From a virus (lineage: Duplodnaviria; Caudoviricetes), in the IMG/VR virus record IMGVR_UViG_3300043419_000785, positions 1 through 62,008 of that record: 62,008 bases of DNA. One strand, written 5' to 3'. The notes below the pieces were generated by a model. The model made no database searches. It saw nothing but the letters and a program-made list of their open reading frames with translations, and was not told the origin of the DNA. The stretch's first letter is position 1. The number at the start of each line of letters is the position of its first letter. Shown here piece after piece: positions 10,601 to 20,316 of the stretch. Made by a program: the position numbers and the translations under genes.

Positions 10601-11618
10601 GCAAGTTGAATAGACCAATCTTTGACGACGACGTTGCTGGCGGCCATTGTTCGTATGGCAAGTTCTCGATGACCTGCTCAACGTATTCACCGACGTTATC
10701 AAGAACTAGGTACTTCTTAGTGCCACCAACCGCACTGCTATAGGTACTACTGTTTGGTGCTTGCTTTACATTAGTGCCATCTTTCTGTGCCCACGTTACG
10801 TTTGCTTTTACAGATGCACCGCCATCACTCGTCCAGTCAGCATTAAAGTAAGTGTTACTACTAGATGCATTGTCGTCATAGCCATCAAAGTCTCCACTCG
10901 GGATAATTGGTGACAACGTAGGTGTGCGCGTTGAGTTTTTCAGCAGGTTGTCTGACCATGTCGACGGCCAACCTGTGGCGGCTGGTTTGCCAAATGCTGC
11001 TTCCGCAGTTGTCAGATATGCATTGTCAATGTCGGTGCGTGCCGCAATAGACTTAACGGTAACACCACTCAGCGTTACTTTGTTCTTGACAAACGTTTCT
11101 CCGTCCGTAGTAGCACCCTCTAACTGTGGGATGTACTCAATTGGGTTAGCCCCATCTGTTCTAAACATACAACCGCCGGTCAATGCCGGTGATGCACCCG
11201 CATCTGTGCCAGCACCAGGCACGCCATAGATATACTTACCAAGTTGTGTAAGCCTTACTTGGCTTGCGTCAGCCCACGGTCCATATCCAAGGTGAGCATT
11301 TGTGTTTGTAACAGGCGTTGACACGACGTGCGAATATATTGCATTCCCACTGACAAACACCGCTTTATTATCCTGATTGTCTTTGGTTCTATACCCTGTC
11401 AGTGCATAAATAGGGTTAGGTAATGATGACGTCAATTCCGCTTGCCAGCCTGGGCGCGGCGTCAGCGAAGAACCATCAACAAAAAGATTTGTTGAGTCCT
11501 GAATGTAACCTACGTCAAGAGCGTTAGGCTGAAGGTTGGTTTGTATGCCAACAAACCGTCGATCTCCTAAGACGTACGATTGCGTCCCTGAACTTACTTG
11601 TCTTGTATTATCTGGCAT
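7638..11618 (-). CDS. Tail nozzle / tubular-B-like (P22 gp10-like) protein with large insertions (1326 aa)
   Basis: N-terminal NLFVDGSSLTPRPG and C-terminal beta-propeller-like repeats (VYVYDTRTNGW); position. Confidence 0.6.
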   Translation of the reverse strand: MPDNTRQVSSGTQSYVLGDRRFVGIQTNLQPNALDVGYIQDSTNLFVDGSSLTPRPGWQAELTSSLPNPIYALTGYRTKDNQDNKAVFVSGNAIYSHVVSTPVTNTNAHLGYGPWADASQVRLTQLGKYIYGVPGAGTDAGASPALTGGCMFRTDGANPIEYIPQLEGATTDGETFVKNKVTLSGVTVKSIAARTDIDNAYLTTAEAAFGKPAATGWPSTWSDNLLKNSTRTPTLSPIIPSGDFDGYDDNASSSNTYFNADWTSDGGASVKANVTWAQKDGTNVKQAPNSSTYSSAVGGTKKYLVLDNVGEYVEQVIENLPYEQWPPATSSSKIGLFNLQWYSFANIVKTEASVKYIVTVSGLNNSGNVIAGAIFSKEYNQAYATNEADWILNNVVVDFREFASQLVKIKLRIENAAVIANQDIIIDNIRFHASVAALTTSTTTEFNDAGLVSIKFYQENTNLVSRNASYVKNRAIRVLFASPYMDFQTVDTLSFKWDFEAPLVKTNGKYPNIVLGIQKSGSTNIAWSSIGEWDKTNRYISFNIFRLTREERKSVQYVYIKFLEDVFKEDETSFSTWEPAFGIGDLVKAGTSLTPSNGYEYAFTRWYPENLTSKLGPDQLLADGLTANGYESNLSDVSNTVFTTPALSAASVVLNPLVDTGGVGYQVDLSKDRKKVVSVTDATNTDQHLVTSVPAEYQIRLISSNATPSITYIALDGTTVTVASGSWTALSGTSYYYYSVPTTQSGKIRYVTSVTGPIWLEHYVAYGKVNYYATVTASTNAISVVAPFAVGDTIVFTTTLGNLTGGTTYYVLTNSGTAITVSLSSGGAVVTPNTSTVAGTYATIQRTAPAQYSHILVYRRCNTLFPDGRFRLIASVPYDPATTGTQTITGPNWTATYDNTSATAPGVVTLVDTVPDTDLLYIPELYKQGHILEIGRDNLPLGASSIAVFQSRIFASKGNVIFGSWELEQGQEYGIYTTQVPDLNEPGVQKKGASFTVGGYQDKEIIRAMVSSFTENIQQSNSNSASLYILKDNSISTIIGFDPTTFTAQLWVSTPGAGIAAPNSLINADGQVMWLGVNGVVSYNQGQITPRSTELRKLLSLDPTMQGPANISKDYYRQSFSVYANRRLLLTSTSSGAGGANQTVYVYDTRTNGWVKWTTINNMTYTSGCVLSFSDSIQTVLMGSTTGQLYRLTGTTDNSDTATTAPISWSILTRQHGQTYSEGVAYHAVNRAYQLDLHIQNNNAVDTTGSKLTINWRIEDQYGQYFNSTATTYSFAQNTNRSIAIRNLNRAIKATALQIKLSGTSSGTFYIHAAHIHCYDAAIQRS

Positions 11619-12760
11619 CAGTCACAACCTTTTTTACCCCAACCAGAGGTTAGGGTCTGATTACGTTTGTTAGAACATGATAGCGACAAATCATTTTTGA
11701 ATTGATACGTCAATGATGCATCGTTTGCAAATCCATCGACTAACGTCACTTCTTCGCTAAATGTGTCTACAAGCGTGCCGTCTGGCATCCACGAAGGACA
11801 TTCACAATATAACTGATTGACAGTTACAACTGCACGCACAGACATGTTGACAACAACAACCGTTGTTGCACCGCCACTTTTTACGCCATACGACGTGACG
11901 ACCGCTTTACTACTTAGTTGTGTCTTGACTACTTTTGTGGCTCTAGCATTGTCTGTGATTACGACTTTACTGCTAAGATTACAACTAACATTTACGAACC
12001 CAGCTCGTGTAGCCGAGATGGCAGTTTTACTACTAAGATTACATACAGGCGTCTTTGTTACAGTCTGCCGTGTCGTTATGACAGTTGCCTTACTACTTGC
12101 ATTTGCTACACGAGTAACGGTGGCTGCTTGCCTTGTTGCAGCTACCGTAGCTTTACCGCTCGTGTTTACAACTACTTGTCGTGTAACGGTGAAAACGGCA
12201 GAGACAGATGTTTTACTACGTAGTAAGGCATTGGTGTTAGAGAACCCTGCTCTTGTCGCAGTTATTACTGTCTTACTACTAATCGCAGATACAACAGTTT
12301 CTGTTACAAGACTTCTTGTACTTGTAACAGTTGCTTTACTCGTTGCATTCGAAACGACAGTTTTTGTGACTACCTGCCGTGTGGCGGTGACCGCAGTCTT
12401 GCTAATTGTAGATGCAACACGGCTAAATGTAACAGATTGACGTACAGCACCAACTGATGTTTTACTGCTTGTGTTTAATACAGCAGTTTTTGTAATAGGT
12501 GCTCTAACAACTGTGACTGTAACTTTACTGCTTGCATTTGATACAGGCGTTTTTGTTACGGGTTGTCTTGTATTTGTTACCGATGTTTTGCTACTTAAGT
12601 TGCATTTGACAACTCTCGTAACATTAATGACAATTGTAATCGGGGATTTTGACGACGGATTACTAACGGCAGTCTTAGTTGTGCCGCCGGTACCCGAACC
12701 AAAAGGTACGCCCAAGACACTAAATCTTGGGCCACCTCTTCCACCGACTGATGCAGCCAT
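11618..12760 (-). CDS. Thr/Val/Ser-rich repetitive tail fibre-like protein
   Basis: Many ~22-aa repeats of type V.N.SSK..V.ATR. Confidence 0.55.
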   Translation of the reverse strand: MAASVGGRGGPRFSVLGVPFGSGTGGTTKTAVSNPSSKSPITIVINVTRVVKCNLSSKTSVTNTRQPVTKTPVSNASSKVTVTVVRAPITKTAVLNTSSKTSVGAVRQSVTFSRVASTISKTAVTATRQVVTKTVVSNATSKATVTSTRSLVTETVVSAISSKTVITATRAGFSNTNALLRSKTSVSAVFTVTRQVVVNTSGKATVAATRQAATVTRVANASSKATVITTRQTVTKTPVCNLSSKTAISATRAGFVNVSCNLSSKVVITDNARATKVVKTQLSSKAVVTSYGVKSGGATTVVVVNMSVRAVVTVNQLYCECPSWMPDGTLVDTFSEEVTLVDGFANDASLTYQFKNDLSLSCSNKRNQTLTSGWGKKGCD

Positions 12761-12766
12761 TTACTC

Positions 12767-13477
12767 TTAGTACTGGTCTATTGCTATACCCGTTGCAGCA
12801 GTATTAGCACCAATAGCAAACGACAACGTATCACCTGAGTTAAGTGTCACGGTGGTGAAGTCACCGTAATACAAAACTGGATTGCTAGTAGCAGTAGCCA
12901 AAAAGTCATTCGTCGTTGGTGTAGCCAAGTTGTTACGGCACACCAAGATTCCGCTACATGTATCACCAGTTCCAGTAATGGCAAAGTTGATTGCAACACT
13001 ATTAAACGCACGCTGGAAATCTGTTCCAGAAGATGGCGAACCAATCGTAAATGCCGGCAACTGTTGTGGTGTATACGTGAATGTAGCCATAACAAGACCA
13101 GTGCCAGTGTCAGTAGTTGGCACTGTTTTGACTAAGTACAAGTAAGGACTTGAGTTTGTTTGCAGAATAGACGCTGCTGACCACGGACCAGTACCTGACA
13201 ACGAGATAGCTGACCCACCAATGGTCGCAGAGATTGAAAATGTTGTGCCACCCGCCGTTGACACTCCCACTACATAATACGGTTGTCCAACAACAGCACT
13301 GGTTGGTGCAGTTGACACAAAGCGAACTATGTCTCCATTGATTAATCCATGAGCGGCACTAGCCGTAAGCGTGGTGGTTGACACACTGTTAACTGTTAGG
13401 TTGGTTGCTGGCGTATTAAGATATGCCGACAACGACCTACGTGCACTAAATTCCGTCATTGCTGCTACTACAGGCAT
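12767..13477 (-). CDS. Structural/tail protein
   Basis: C-terminal VLYYGDF...LNSGDTLSF typical of tail-fibre-associated proteins; contains the shared beta module. Confidence 0.55.
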   Translation of the reverse strand: MPVVAAMTEFSARRSLSAYLNTPATNLTVNSVSTTTLTASAAHGLINGDIVRFVSTAPTSAVVGQPYYVVGVSTAGGTTFSISATIGGSAISLSGTGPWSAASILQTNSSPYLYLVKTVPTTDTGTGLVMATFTYTPQQLPAFTIGSPSSGTDFQRAFNSVAINFAITGTGDTCSGILVCRNNLATPTTNDFLATATSNPVLYYGDFTTVTLNSGDTLSFAIGANTAATGIAIDQY

Positions 13478-13488
13478 TTATTTTCTCC

Positions 13489-14841
13489 TTATGATGGATC
13501 TACCGTTGTGATTGGGTTTACTCCTGCGGTCGCTGTTAAAGCCGCATTCCACGCAGCAGCAGTATCATCTTCTTGATATACAGTCATTGTACTACCGCTA
13601 ATGTCAACCTTGTTTCGTAGGTAACGGAGTGCAGACAGCATGTCACGACCGGTTACTTTAGTTGCAGTAAATGCACCTGTTGAACTTGTTGCAATAGGGA
13701 ATCCACCTTGAGTTGTACTAATAGTAAATGTCGTAGATGACAAGCTACCAGATACAACCCAATATATTGCACCCAATGCCAGGCTATTAGGAGCGGTACC
13801 GACAAATGTTATTCGGTCATCAACAGCCAATGTGTTTACTGCTTGAAATACGTTAGACACAATAGATGTGATTGCAATGTTGTTAGCTGCACCAGCTGTT
13901 GCAAAACTCCTCGTTAACATGCCATCTGCTATCTGTTCACGTGACCATACGTGATCACCAAGAACAACAAACGTATCACCAGCAGTTGGGGTTGTAGTCA
14001 GTGAATCTGCAAGTTGAATAACCCCGTTAGTAGATGTAAATGATGACACAACGGCTGTCTGTCCAGACAATGTACCAGTCGTAAACAACAACGTCTGACT
14101 GTTGTAAAAGTTATCAGCACCAGTCAACGATGTGCGGAAGTACACAGTTGAGTTTGCTGGAGACCCACTCGCTGAAACTGACCCTTCCGTTGCCGTGTTT
14201 GCTTTTCGCAGGATATCCATCAATTTACCAAACGTACCAGCGGTTGTATGACCTGAGTACGCCTCATCCCATACACCACCAGCAATCTCAATTACTGCAT
14301 CTGTAGCCAATGCCGATGCAGTAATTGAGTTTGCAGCAAAGGATGTCGATGTAAGTGCACCAGATGCAGTAGCAGCCACCGTAACCTGACCAGATGCGTT
14401 GCCTGTTGGCAAACCGCCGTTTGCGCCAGCTGCAGCGTTAGGTAGAGCAGTAATGCCAAGACGAACACCATCATCCGGATTAAACGCTACGATCTGATAC
14501 TCAAGCAGAATTGGTGCCATGTTAGTAGCACCCTTGAGCATTACAACTGATTTGTCAGCTGTGGCAAACACAGCATTAGGTACGTCAAATCTATAAAGCC
14601 CAGGCATGTTTGTGCCATCAACGGCAATGAAACCACCAGAAGACCAAGCTGCATCTGCGGAAGCTAATGTGGCCAGTGTAATACTTTGCCTTAGTCCACG
14701 CTCAACAACATAATCTGCAGTAAGACCAGCCGAGTTGAATACAAGACCAGTAAGTCCAGCACCTGTCGTACTTGATGAGTTTTGTATAAACACATACTCA
14801 GTACGACTAGTGTTATTCAATTGTACTAATTGCTTAGCCAC
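13489..14841 (-). CDS. Structural/tail fibre-associated protein (450 aa)
   Basis: T/A/S/G-rich; in the structural operon; contains the shared beta module. Confidence 0.55.
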   Translation of the reverse strand: MAKQLVQLNNTSRTEYVFIQNSSSTTGAGLTGLVFNSAGLTADYVVERGLRQSITLATLASADAAWSSGGFIAVDGTNMPGLYRFDVPNAVFATADKSVVMLKGATNMAPILLEYQIVAFNPDDGVRLGITALPNAAAGANGGLPTGNASGQVTVAATASGALTSTSFAANSITASALATDAVIEIAGGVWDEAYSGHTTAGTFGKLMDILRKANTATEGSVSASGSPANSTVYFRTSLTGADNFYNSQTLLFTTGTLSGQTAVVSSFTSTNGVIQLADSLTTTPTAGDTFVVLGDHVWSREQIADGMLTRSFATAGAANNIAITSIVSNVFQAVNTLAVDDRITFVGTAPNSLALGAIYWVVSGSLSSTTFTISTTQGGFPIATSSTGAFTATKVTGRDMLSALRYLRNKVDISGSTMTVYQEDDTAAAWNAALTATAGVNPITTVDPS

Positions 14842-15943
14842 GTATTCCCCCTGCCATTCCTGGATGAACTACCATTCCACCACCAGTGGATCCCGTAGCA
14901 CCGCCAATAACTAATTTCCACGCAGGACATACTGTATCTGTGTCAGTCCACGCACCAGCGTTGGTTCGTTCTGTTCTCATGTATGAACCACCACCAACAA
15001 ACGACCTAGCTACTGTGCTGTTTGCATAGTTGTTTTGCAGGAATGATGTAAAACCAAGCGAAGCATTAGTTACTTCAAGTGTGATTCGATAAGTACTACC
15101 GGCAGTAAGTTCGGACAATGTTGTCGCGTCAAATAATAACGTTCTTAGTAATGCAGTGGACGTACCAGCTTGTATCTCCGTAGCTGTAAAGGACTTACTT
15201 TGCAGTACCGTATTACTGCTGTCATACAATTTCATATTGGCTGTTGAAGCACTGTTGGTAATTCCCAAAACGCCTTGTATGCCCAACACGTTGTAACTGG
15301 TCGTCCATGACGACTCAAGGTTGAACTTGATTCCTATTTCATCTGGTGATGCACCGCTATTCCATGAAGATATGTTGGATGGCCCACCAGTCGAATTACC
15401 ATACGTTGCAGTTGATGACTCACAGTAAATACATGGTTGTGCTTGAGCTGCATTGTAGTTACTTGCTGCTCCACTGATAATTGCTTTTAGCGTAGGGAAA
15501 GCTGTAACGTATTGACCAACGCCAGAAAACTGCGTACCAAACTGCAAGTGATTTGTTGCATCCCATGTTCCTGACTGAGCTTGCATTACAATGGCGTACA
15601 ACTGCCCACGAGTAACGGTAGCTGAGCCAACGCCAGTGATGGATAGATTGATGTTGCTAAAGTTTGGAAAGTTTGTACCGTTGGCTGCGTAATCTGTATA
15701 TCCAAGCCACGTGCCACTTGGATCACCACTAGTGTTTACAGATTGAATTCCAACTCTACAAGTACCTGGTGAGCCGGTGCGCACATCAAAGTAAAAACCA
15801 ACTTTTGTAATTGTTGCAGCTTCTTCTGCTTGACGAATACAAGCACAATAGTCATTGACTGCTTGGATTCTTCGTTGACCAGATACAGATGTAGTCGTGG
15901 GTTGTGGGAAAGCCCACGGCCACATAAAGTCAACTCTAGCCAT
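14834..15943 (-). CDS. Structural protein, possible receptor-binding beta-sandwich (369 aa)
   Basis: Beta-rich composition; operon context. Confidence 0.45.
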   Translation of the reverse strand: MARVDFMWPWAFPQPTTTSVSGQRRIQAVNDYCACIRQAEEAATITKVGFYFDVRTGSPGTCRVGIQSVNTSGDPSGTWLGYTDYAANGTNFPNFSNINLSITGVGSATVTRGQLYAIVMQAQSGTWDATNHLQFGTQFSGVGQYVTAFPTLKAIISGAASNYNAAQAQPCIYCESSTATYGNSTGGPSNISSWNSGASPDEIGIKFNLESSWTTSYNVLGIQGVLGITNSASTANMKLYDSSNTVLQSKSFTATEIQAGTSTALLRTLLFDATTLSELTAGSTYRITLEVTNASLGFTSFLQNNYANSTVARSFVGGGSYMRTERTNAGAWTDTDTVCPAWKLVIGGATGSTGGGMVVHPGMAGGIRG

Positions 15944-16193
15944 TTTTCTCTATCCACGCACTATTAGGAGCATCTGTATCAAACACAGCGACAGTGCCTA
16001 ATTGGCTATCTGCAAAATACTTTTGCAACAGCAAAGACCTCATCAACGGCATTGGATAGTTGGTCTGACATTGATAAATCTCGTCGTCCCATTCCTGCTG
16101 AGTTAACGTTATTATTGGGCCAACACTAAACTCAATTGTTATAGTTGAATCTTCGTTGGACGTGACGCTAACAATTGAAAGAGTGCTTCGCAT
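15936..16193 (-). CDS. Hypothetical protein (85 aa)
   Basis: Overlaps both neighbouring genes, suggesting translational coupling. Confidence 0.6.
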   Translation of the reverse strand: MRSTLSIVSVTSNEDSTITIEFSVGPIITLTQQEWDDEIYQCQTNYPMPLMRSLLLQKYFADSQLGTVAVFDTDAPNSAWIEKNG

Positions 16194-16471
16194 TACTTCT
16201 CTAAACTCTTTATAAATCGTTCAGCTACAGCATTTACTAGCTGAACTGATCGCAGACCAAGTGTCCCTACTGCAAACGCAACACCTACAACCTGTTCAGG
16301 TGTATGCCATTGCATTTGCTTTGCAATTAGTGGTGTCAGATAAACAGCAGATAAAGTACCTACAATTACACCGGCAAGTCCATGCCAGACATTCTTGACT
16401 TTGGTCTTATCCCACCAGTCAGTTCCTGCTACGGCGCCTACTGCTCCAGCTATGATTTGCTCTTTATCCAT
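16193..16471 (-). CDS. Putative holin (92 aa)
   Basis: Start MDKEQ; 2-3 hydrophobic segments with SAVYLTP motif; charged C-terminus. Confidence 0.65.
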   Translation of the reverse strand: MDKEQIIAGAVGAVAGTDWWDKTKVKNVWHGLAGVIVGTLSAVYLTPLIAKQMQWHTPEQVVGVAFAVGTLGLRSVQLVNAVAERFIKSLEK

Positions 16472-16760
16472 CGATGTCCCTCGTTGCTTGGCTGACACGT
16501 TTCACCTCCGGTAGTTTAACTGAAAAAACTGGTAGGTTGCTATCTTGGCGCATAAAGAAGGCAATCAACGCAGTAGTCATAGCCGGTATACCAGCCCTGA
16601 CTCCTTCTATGCTACATAATAATAAACTGCGTGTCACCATGCCGAATGACGCATTGTCGTGTATGTGTTGTGACTTCCATGCAGCATCAAACTCAGGAGC
16701 CGCTGATGCTGTGAATGCTCCAATAGCAAGTAGTATCAAACGCCCCCAAGCGATGTTCAT
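16464..16760 (-). CDS. Membrane protein, possibly lysis-related (98 aa)
   Basis: Start MNIAWG overlaps the upstream stop; two hydrophobic stretches; next to the holin. Confidence 0.45.
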   Translation of the reverse strand: MNIAWGRLILLAIGAFTASAAPEFDAAWKSQHIHDNASFGMVTRSLLLCSIEGVRAGIPAMTTALIAFFMRQDSNLPVFSVKLPEVKRVSQATRDIDG

Positions 16761-17500
16761 TTTTGTGCCTGTTGAATCGGTGGTACAGCAAATGGTGCAC
16801 CGGATGTTTTCATATGTGCATCCATCTGCATCCATAACTTCATGCGTTGTCCGTCGTACCAGTCCCGCCAAAACATACGTTGTGCGAGGCTTGGGTCATC
16901 CACGTTTTTCATGATGAGTTTTATTGCAACGTAGGTAGCTAGAAGCTGTTTTAAAACATCATCTGGAAGAAAATCCAACGTTGTAGCCGCGTCATTAGCC
17001 GGCATAGGATGTACGCCACATCCGTAAATTGTAGTGTTTATTGGTGAACCACTAGCATTGCCTGGATAAACAGCAATACGATAAGCGTCTGGTCTATACC
17101 AATACAATACACCTGTGCTTCCTGCGGCTGTTGTTGTTTTGTAACTAAGGTCATTCGCACGAATTGATTGCTCACTAGCATGCGTTAGTCTGACTGACCC
17201 GCTGGTAATGAACACATCCGTGACTGACCAGATAGTGCCACTATTCGACACGCTAGTAGCTGACACTAACGATGACGACAGGCTGTTGTTTGCTATTGCT
17301 AATGTAGCATTTACAGGTATGTAAACACATGTCTTACAAAGGTCTGTGATGGCTTCTGCAATAAACGTTGTGACACCATCGGTTGAAATAATTGTGTCAG
17401 TGCCACCAGACCCGTCAGGCAATTGACCCAATACACTTGCATTGGTTTCGTTCAGTAACCTGTATGCTTCTTGCCGCACACTCTGTATTGATATTCCCAT
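16757..17500 (-). CDS. Head-tail adaptor / tail tubular-A-like protein 2
   Basis: N-terminal helix, IAVYP motif, C-terminal LPD..helix; resembles the adjacent gene. Confidence 0.55.
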   Translation of the reverse strand: MGISIQSVRQEAYRLLNETNASVLGQLPDGSGGTDTIISTDGVTTFIAEAITDLCKTCVYIPVNATLAIANNSLSSSLVSATSVSNSGTIWSVTDVFITSGSVRLTHASEQSIRANDLSYKTTTAAGSTGVLYWYRPDAYRIAVYPGNASGSPINTTIYGCGVHPMPANDAATTLDFLPDDVLKQLLATYVAIKLIMKNVDDPSLAQRMFWRDWYDGQRMKLWMQMDAHMKTSGAPFAVPPIQQAQK

Positions 17501-18147
17501 TACAGCGTTCTCCTGCTGTATACAGCGGCATTAGACTCGAGTATGCCTACTCGATCTTGGTACTTCTGAGTGTATATCTGTGCGGCGTCGCCATCGCGCA
17601 TCTGCAACGCCTTTTCCATAAGTACACCATATACAACAGCGTCATGCCCCGAGTCTGGCAACGGGCAGTCGTGTGCGTCCGTAAGCGTTACAGGGTTGCC
17701 GTTAGTGTCGTATACCCAGTAATCGCCCGGTATTGCATACCCTTCAATCATCAAACCGTTTGTTGTGCTGGTTGATGGCTGTGGATACAGTTTAATTCGA
17801 TTCATACCGAACACAATGGCGTGTGTTGGTGTAATGTCTGTGTCTGTTCTTCGATAGTCTTGAGATCTAGCATCTGCCCAATCAATCAATCGAAGGCGCT
17901 CGTAATCACCATCTGTCTGCAATGCAAATATATTCTTCACACGATATAAGTCGCTGTCACAATATTCACTTGTACCAGCGACTATATCTAAATAACGTCT
18001 ACCAATGTAACAGTCGGTTGACCGTGCTATTTGATTTGTGACTTCCACAATCAAGAGGTCGAGACCAAACGGGTCAAGGTCGTTGTCGCCAGAAAAGTAA
18101 TGCTTTCCCAGCAACCTTATGCGTCGTTTAATCTCGCCTCTTGTCAT
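17500..18147 (-). CDS. Head-tail adaptor / tail tubular-A-like protein 1
   Basis: MTRGEIKRRIR start, IKLYPQP, LPDSGHDAVVYG, typical of podovirus adaptors. Confidence 0.65.
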   Translation of the reverse strand: MTRGEIKRRIRLLGKHYFSGDNDLDPFGLDLLIVEVTNQIARSTDCYIGRRYLDIVAGTSEYCDSDLYRVKNIFALQTDGDYERLRLIDWADARSQDYRRTDTDITPTHAIVFGMNRIKLYPQPSTSTTNGLMIEGYAIPGDYWVYDTNGNPVTLTDAHDCPLPDSGHDAVVYGVLMEKALQMRDGDAAQIYTQKYQDRVGILESNAAVYSRRTL

Positions 18148-18155
18148 GTCATCAC

Positions 18156-19235
18156 CTAGCCAATAGCAGCAGAATCACGTCCGTATGCAAGGGAAGCGGA
18201 GTTGATGATAATACGTCCACTTCCTGATCCTGCTCCAACTACGTTAAGTCGAAGACTTCCCGCAAAGTTTGGTGCAATCGGAACTGACGCAATACGTCCT
18301 CCAGCAACCTTTGCAAATACAGTACTAGTAACTGTACCTGCAACTGTCAACGCAGTACCTGCCACACCAGCACCAAGATACAGTGAACCTGGTCCAAGAC
18401 CAATGGTGAACGAGTTATGCGTTGGGACAGACAATACTTGGTAGACAGATCCTGCAAGAGGGGTCTGACCATTCAACGTAATACTTCCGACAGTAGTCAT
18501 CTGAATGATGTCGCCTACTGCAAAAGCATGTGAGAAGTTTTGCACTGTTGGCGCTGTTCCACCACTAGTTGCTTGGATTGGTGTACCACCAAGTGTTGCA
18601 GACAACTGCATACTTGTTGTTGTACTAGAAACAACAAAGTAGTTCGTTGTCGCGGCAAATCCACCAGGAACCGCCGTACCAGCAACCTGCACAACACTAC
18701 CAATTGGGATAGGGTTGGTCTGCGCGGCAAACGTAATCGTTGGTGTAGTCGTGGAAAACGTTGCACTAATTGCAGTGGCTGCCGCAACAGTCATAACGTT
18801 ACTAGCTGTACTAGCAACTGTAGAGCTGTACACAGGTCCAATTAGTGCACCTGTTGCAATAGTAGTTCCAACTGGATACACAACGGGCGATGCGGCTGTC
18901 GCATCAGGTGTGCCTTCTACAACAAATCGCAGAGTGGTACTTGCTGTATAAGCTTCAGACACCGTATATGCAACACGGACATAAAGCTGATCACGGCTTC
19001 CTGAATGCAACAACGGTACGGATGGTGTGCCTGGTGCTGGTTGATCTGCCTGGCCGGCAAATACACCAGCGTCAGCCAAGGTGTTTAGAAACCCACCAAA
19101 GTTCATAAACAACGAGTAACTGTTTGTGAACGATGCACTCAGAGCTCCGCCGATTGTTTGACTTGAGTTTGGTAGTGACTTAACACCAGTAACACTGTTA
19201 TCCCACCTAAATGTGAGTTTTGCGTCTCTTGCCAT
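18156..19235 (-). CDS. Putative capsid decoration/cement protein with inserted beta modules
   Basis: Directly downstream of the major capsid gene; beta-rich. Confidence 0.5.
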   Translation of the reverse strand: MARDAKLTFRWDNSVTGVKSLPNSSQTIGGALSASFTNSYSLFMNFGGFLNTLADAGVFAGQADQPAPGTPSVPLLHSGSRDQLYVRVAYTVSEAYTASTTLRFVVEGTPDATAASPVVYPVGTTIATGALIGPVYSSTVASTASNVMTVAAATAISATFSTTTPTITFAAQTNPIPIGSVVQVAGTAVPGGFAATTNYFVVSSTTTSMQLSATLGGTPIQATSGGTAPTVQNFSHAFAVGDIIQMTTVGSITLNGQTPLAGSVYQVLSVPTHNSFTIGLGPGSLYLGAGVAGTALTVAGTVTSTVFAKVAGGRIASVPIAPNFAGSLRLNVVGAGSGSGRIIINSASLAYGRDSAAIG

Positions 19236-19253
19236 ATCTATTTCCTTTCGCTA

Positions 19254-20300
19254 TTACGCCGTTACAACACAGTCAAGACGACCTAGTGCACGTGTATGCG
19301 GAATCCAAAGTCCTACGCCCCAGTCGAACAGGACGTTATGCATGATTCCGTTTTCGTTGCTGAGGCCCAGATACTTAGGCTTGAATGGCTCAGACTGCCA
19401 TCCTGTCACGTATCCAGTGCCATACCGAACTGCAAAGATTGACGTAGCCTTAGCAGATGCCAACGAGCCAATTGTCTGCGTGTTGCTGATAATTGGAGTG
19501 ACACCATCAGACTTACGTCCAACAGTACGGATAGTAGCCGACTTGTACTTTTCTACAGGGCGGTCATAGGAGTCTTGTGTAATATCGAAACCTGCTCCGA
19601 TACCCATCACACGAACTGCCATTTCAACTTGGCGCTTAGCAAGTTCCGACATGTAGAGGACAATGCCGTCACCGTCAGGGCTGTTCATTGCGTCAAACAA
19701 TGACTGAATGTCAGCAAAGAACTTGTTTGCGTTTGCGACACCAGTTCCACCAGATGCAAACAGACCAGTGGTGTTGTTTGCAGAGATGTCTTGGGATGCA
19801 ACAATCATTTCCGCAGGAATGTCATAATCAGCCGCGTTTTTAAGGCGGTAGTTAAGACCTGGGAAACAGTCAGGGGTATTTCCGCCGGATGAAACCGACG
19901 GGTCGTTATTAATGAACTTGTCATTAAAATCATACGCAAACCCCTCGAGGAACATCTGTACCTGAGCCTCAATTGGATCGATGATTGAGTTTGGCTGGTT
20001 CAGCAAACGGCGGTCAACGGTCAACTTGTTGCGTACAAGGTACAACTGCTCTTCGTAAGACTTTGGCTTGGAGCGGAATGCTACAGGCTCGGAGTTGATT
20101 CCAGTCCAGTTTGGAGCAGGAATGTTAGCGTTGAGATAACGCATACCAACCTGACGCAAAGAAGGACTCGTCTGAAGTGGGATGTCCTTAAGAGCGTTCC
20201 ACGTCTTATGCAGACTTTTTGTAATCTCTTTTACGAGATTGTCGTTGGAGATGGCTGCGTAGTCTGCAAGTGTCAGCGCTCCATTGAAGTCAATTGCCAT
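19254..20300 (-). CDS. Major capsid protein (HK97 fold inferred)
   Basis: 348 aa; LTLADYA start; follows portal and scaffold; size and pattern like BPP-1-type capsids. Confidence 0.8.
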   Translation of the reverse strand: MAIDFNGALTLADYAAISNDNLVKEITKSLHKTWNALKDIPLQTSPSLRQVGMRYLNANIPAPNWTGINSEPVAFRSKPKSYEEQLYLVRNKLTVDRRLLNQPNSIIDPIEAQVQMFLEGFAYDFNDKFINNDPSVSSGGNTPDCFPGLNYRLKNAADYDIPAEMIVASQDISANNTTGLFASGGTGVANANKFFADIQSLFDAMNSPDGDGIVLYMSELAKRQVEMAVRVMGIGAGFDITQDSYDRPVEKYKSATIRTVGRKSDGVTPIISNTQTIGSLASAKATSIFAVRYGTGYVTGWQSEPFKPKYLGLSNENGIMHNVLFDWGVGLWIPHTRALGRLDCVVTA

Positions 20301-20316
20301 ACTGTTTTTCCTTTAC

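Noticed and set aside
11817-12440. 207-aa plus-strand ORF, and similar antisense ORFs at 829-4287, 28014-28688, 40607-41227 and 51575-61894
   Set aside because: They shadow longer opposite-strand genes and read as antisense artefacts.
7638-15943. Diversity-generating retroelement or invertible tail-fibre system
   Set aside because: No reverse transcriptase, invertase or template/variable repeat pair was seen.
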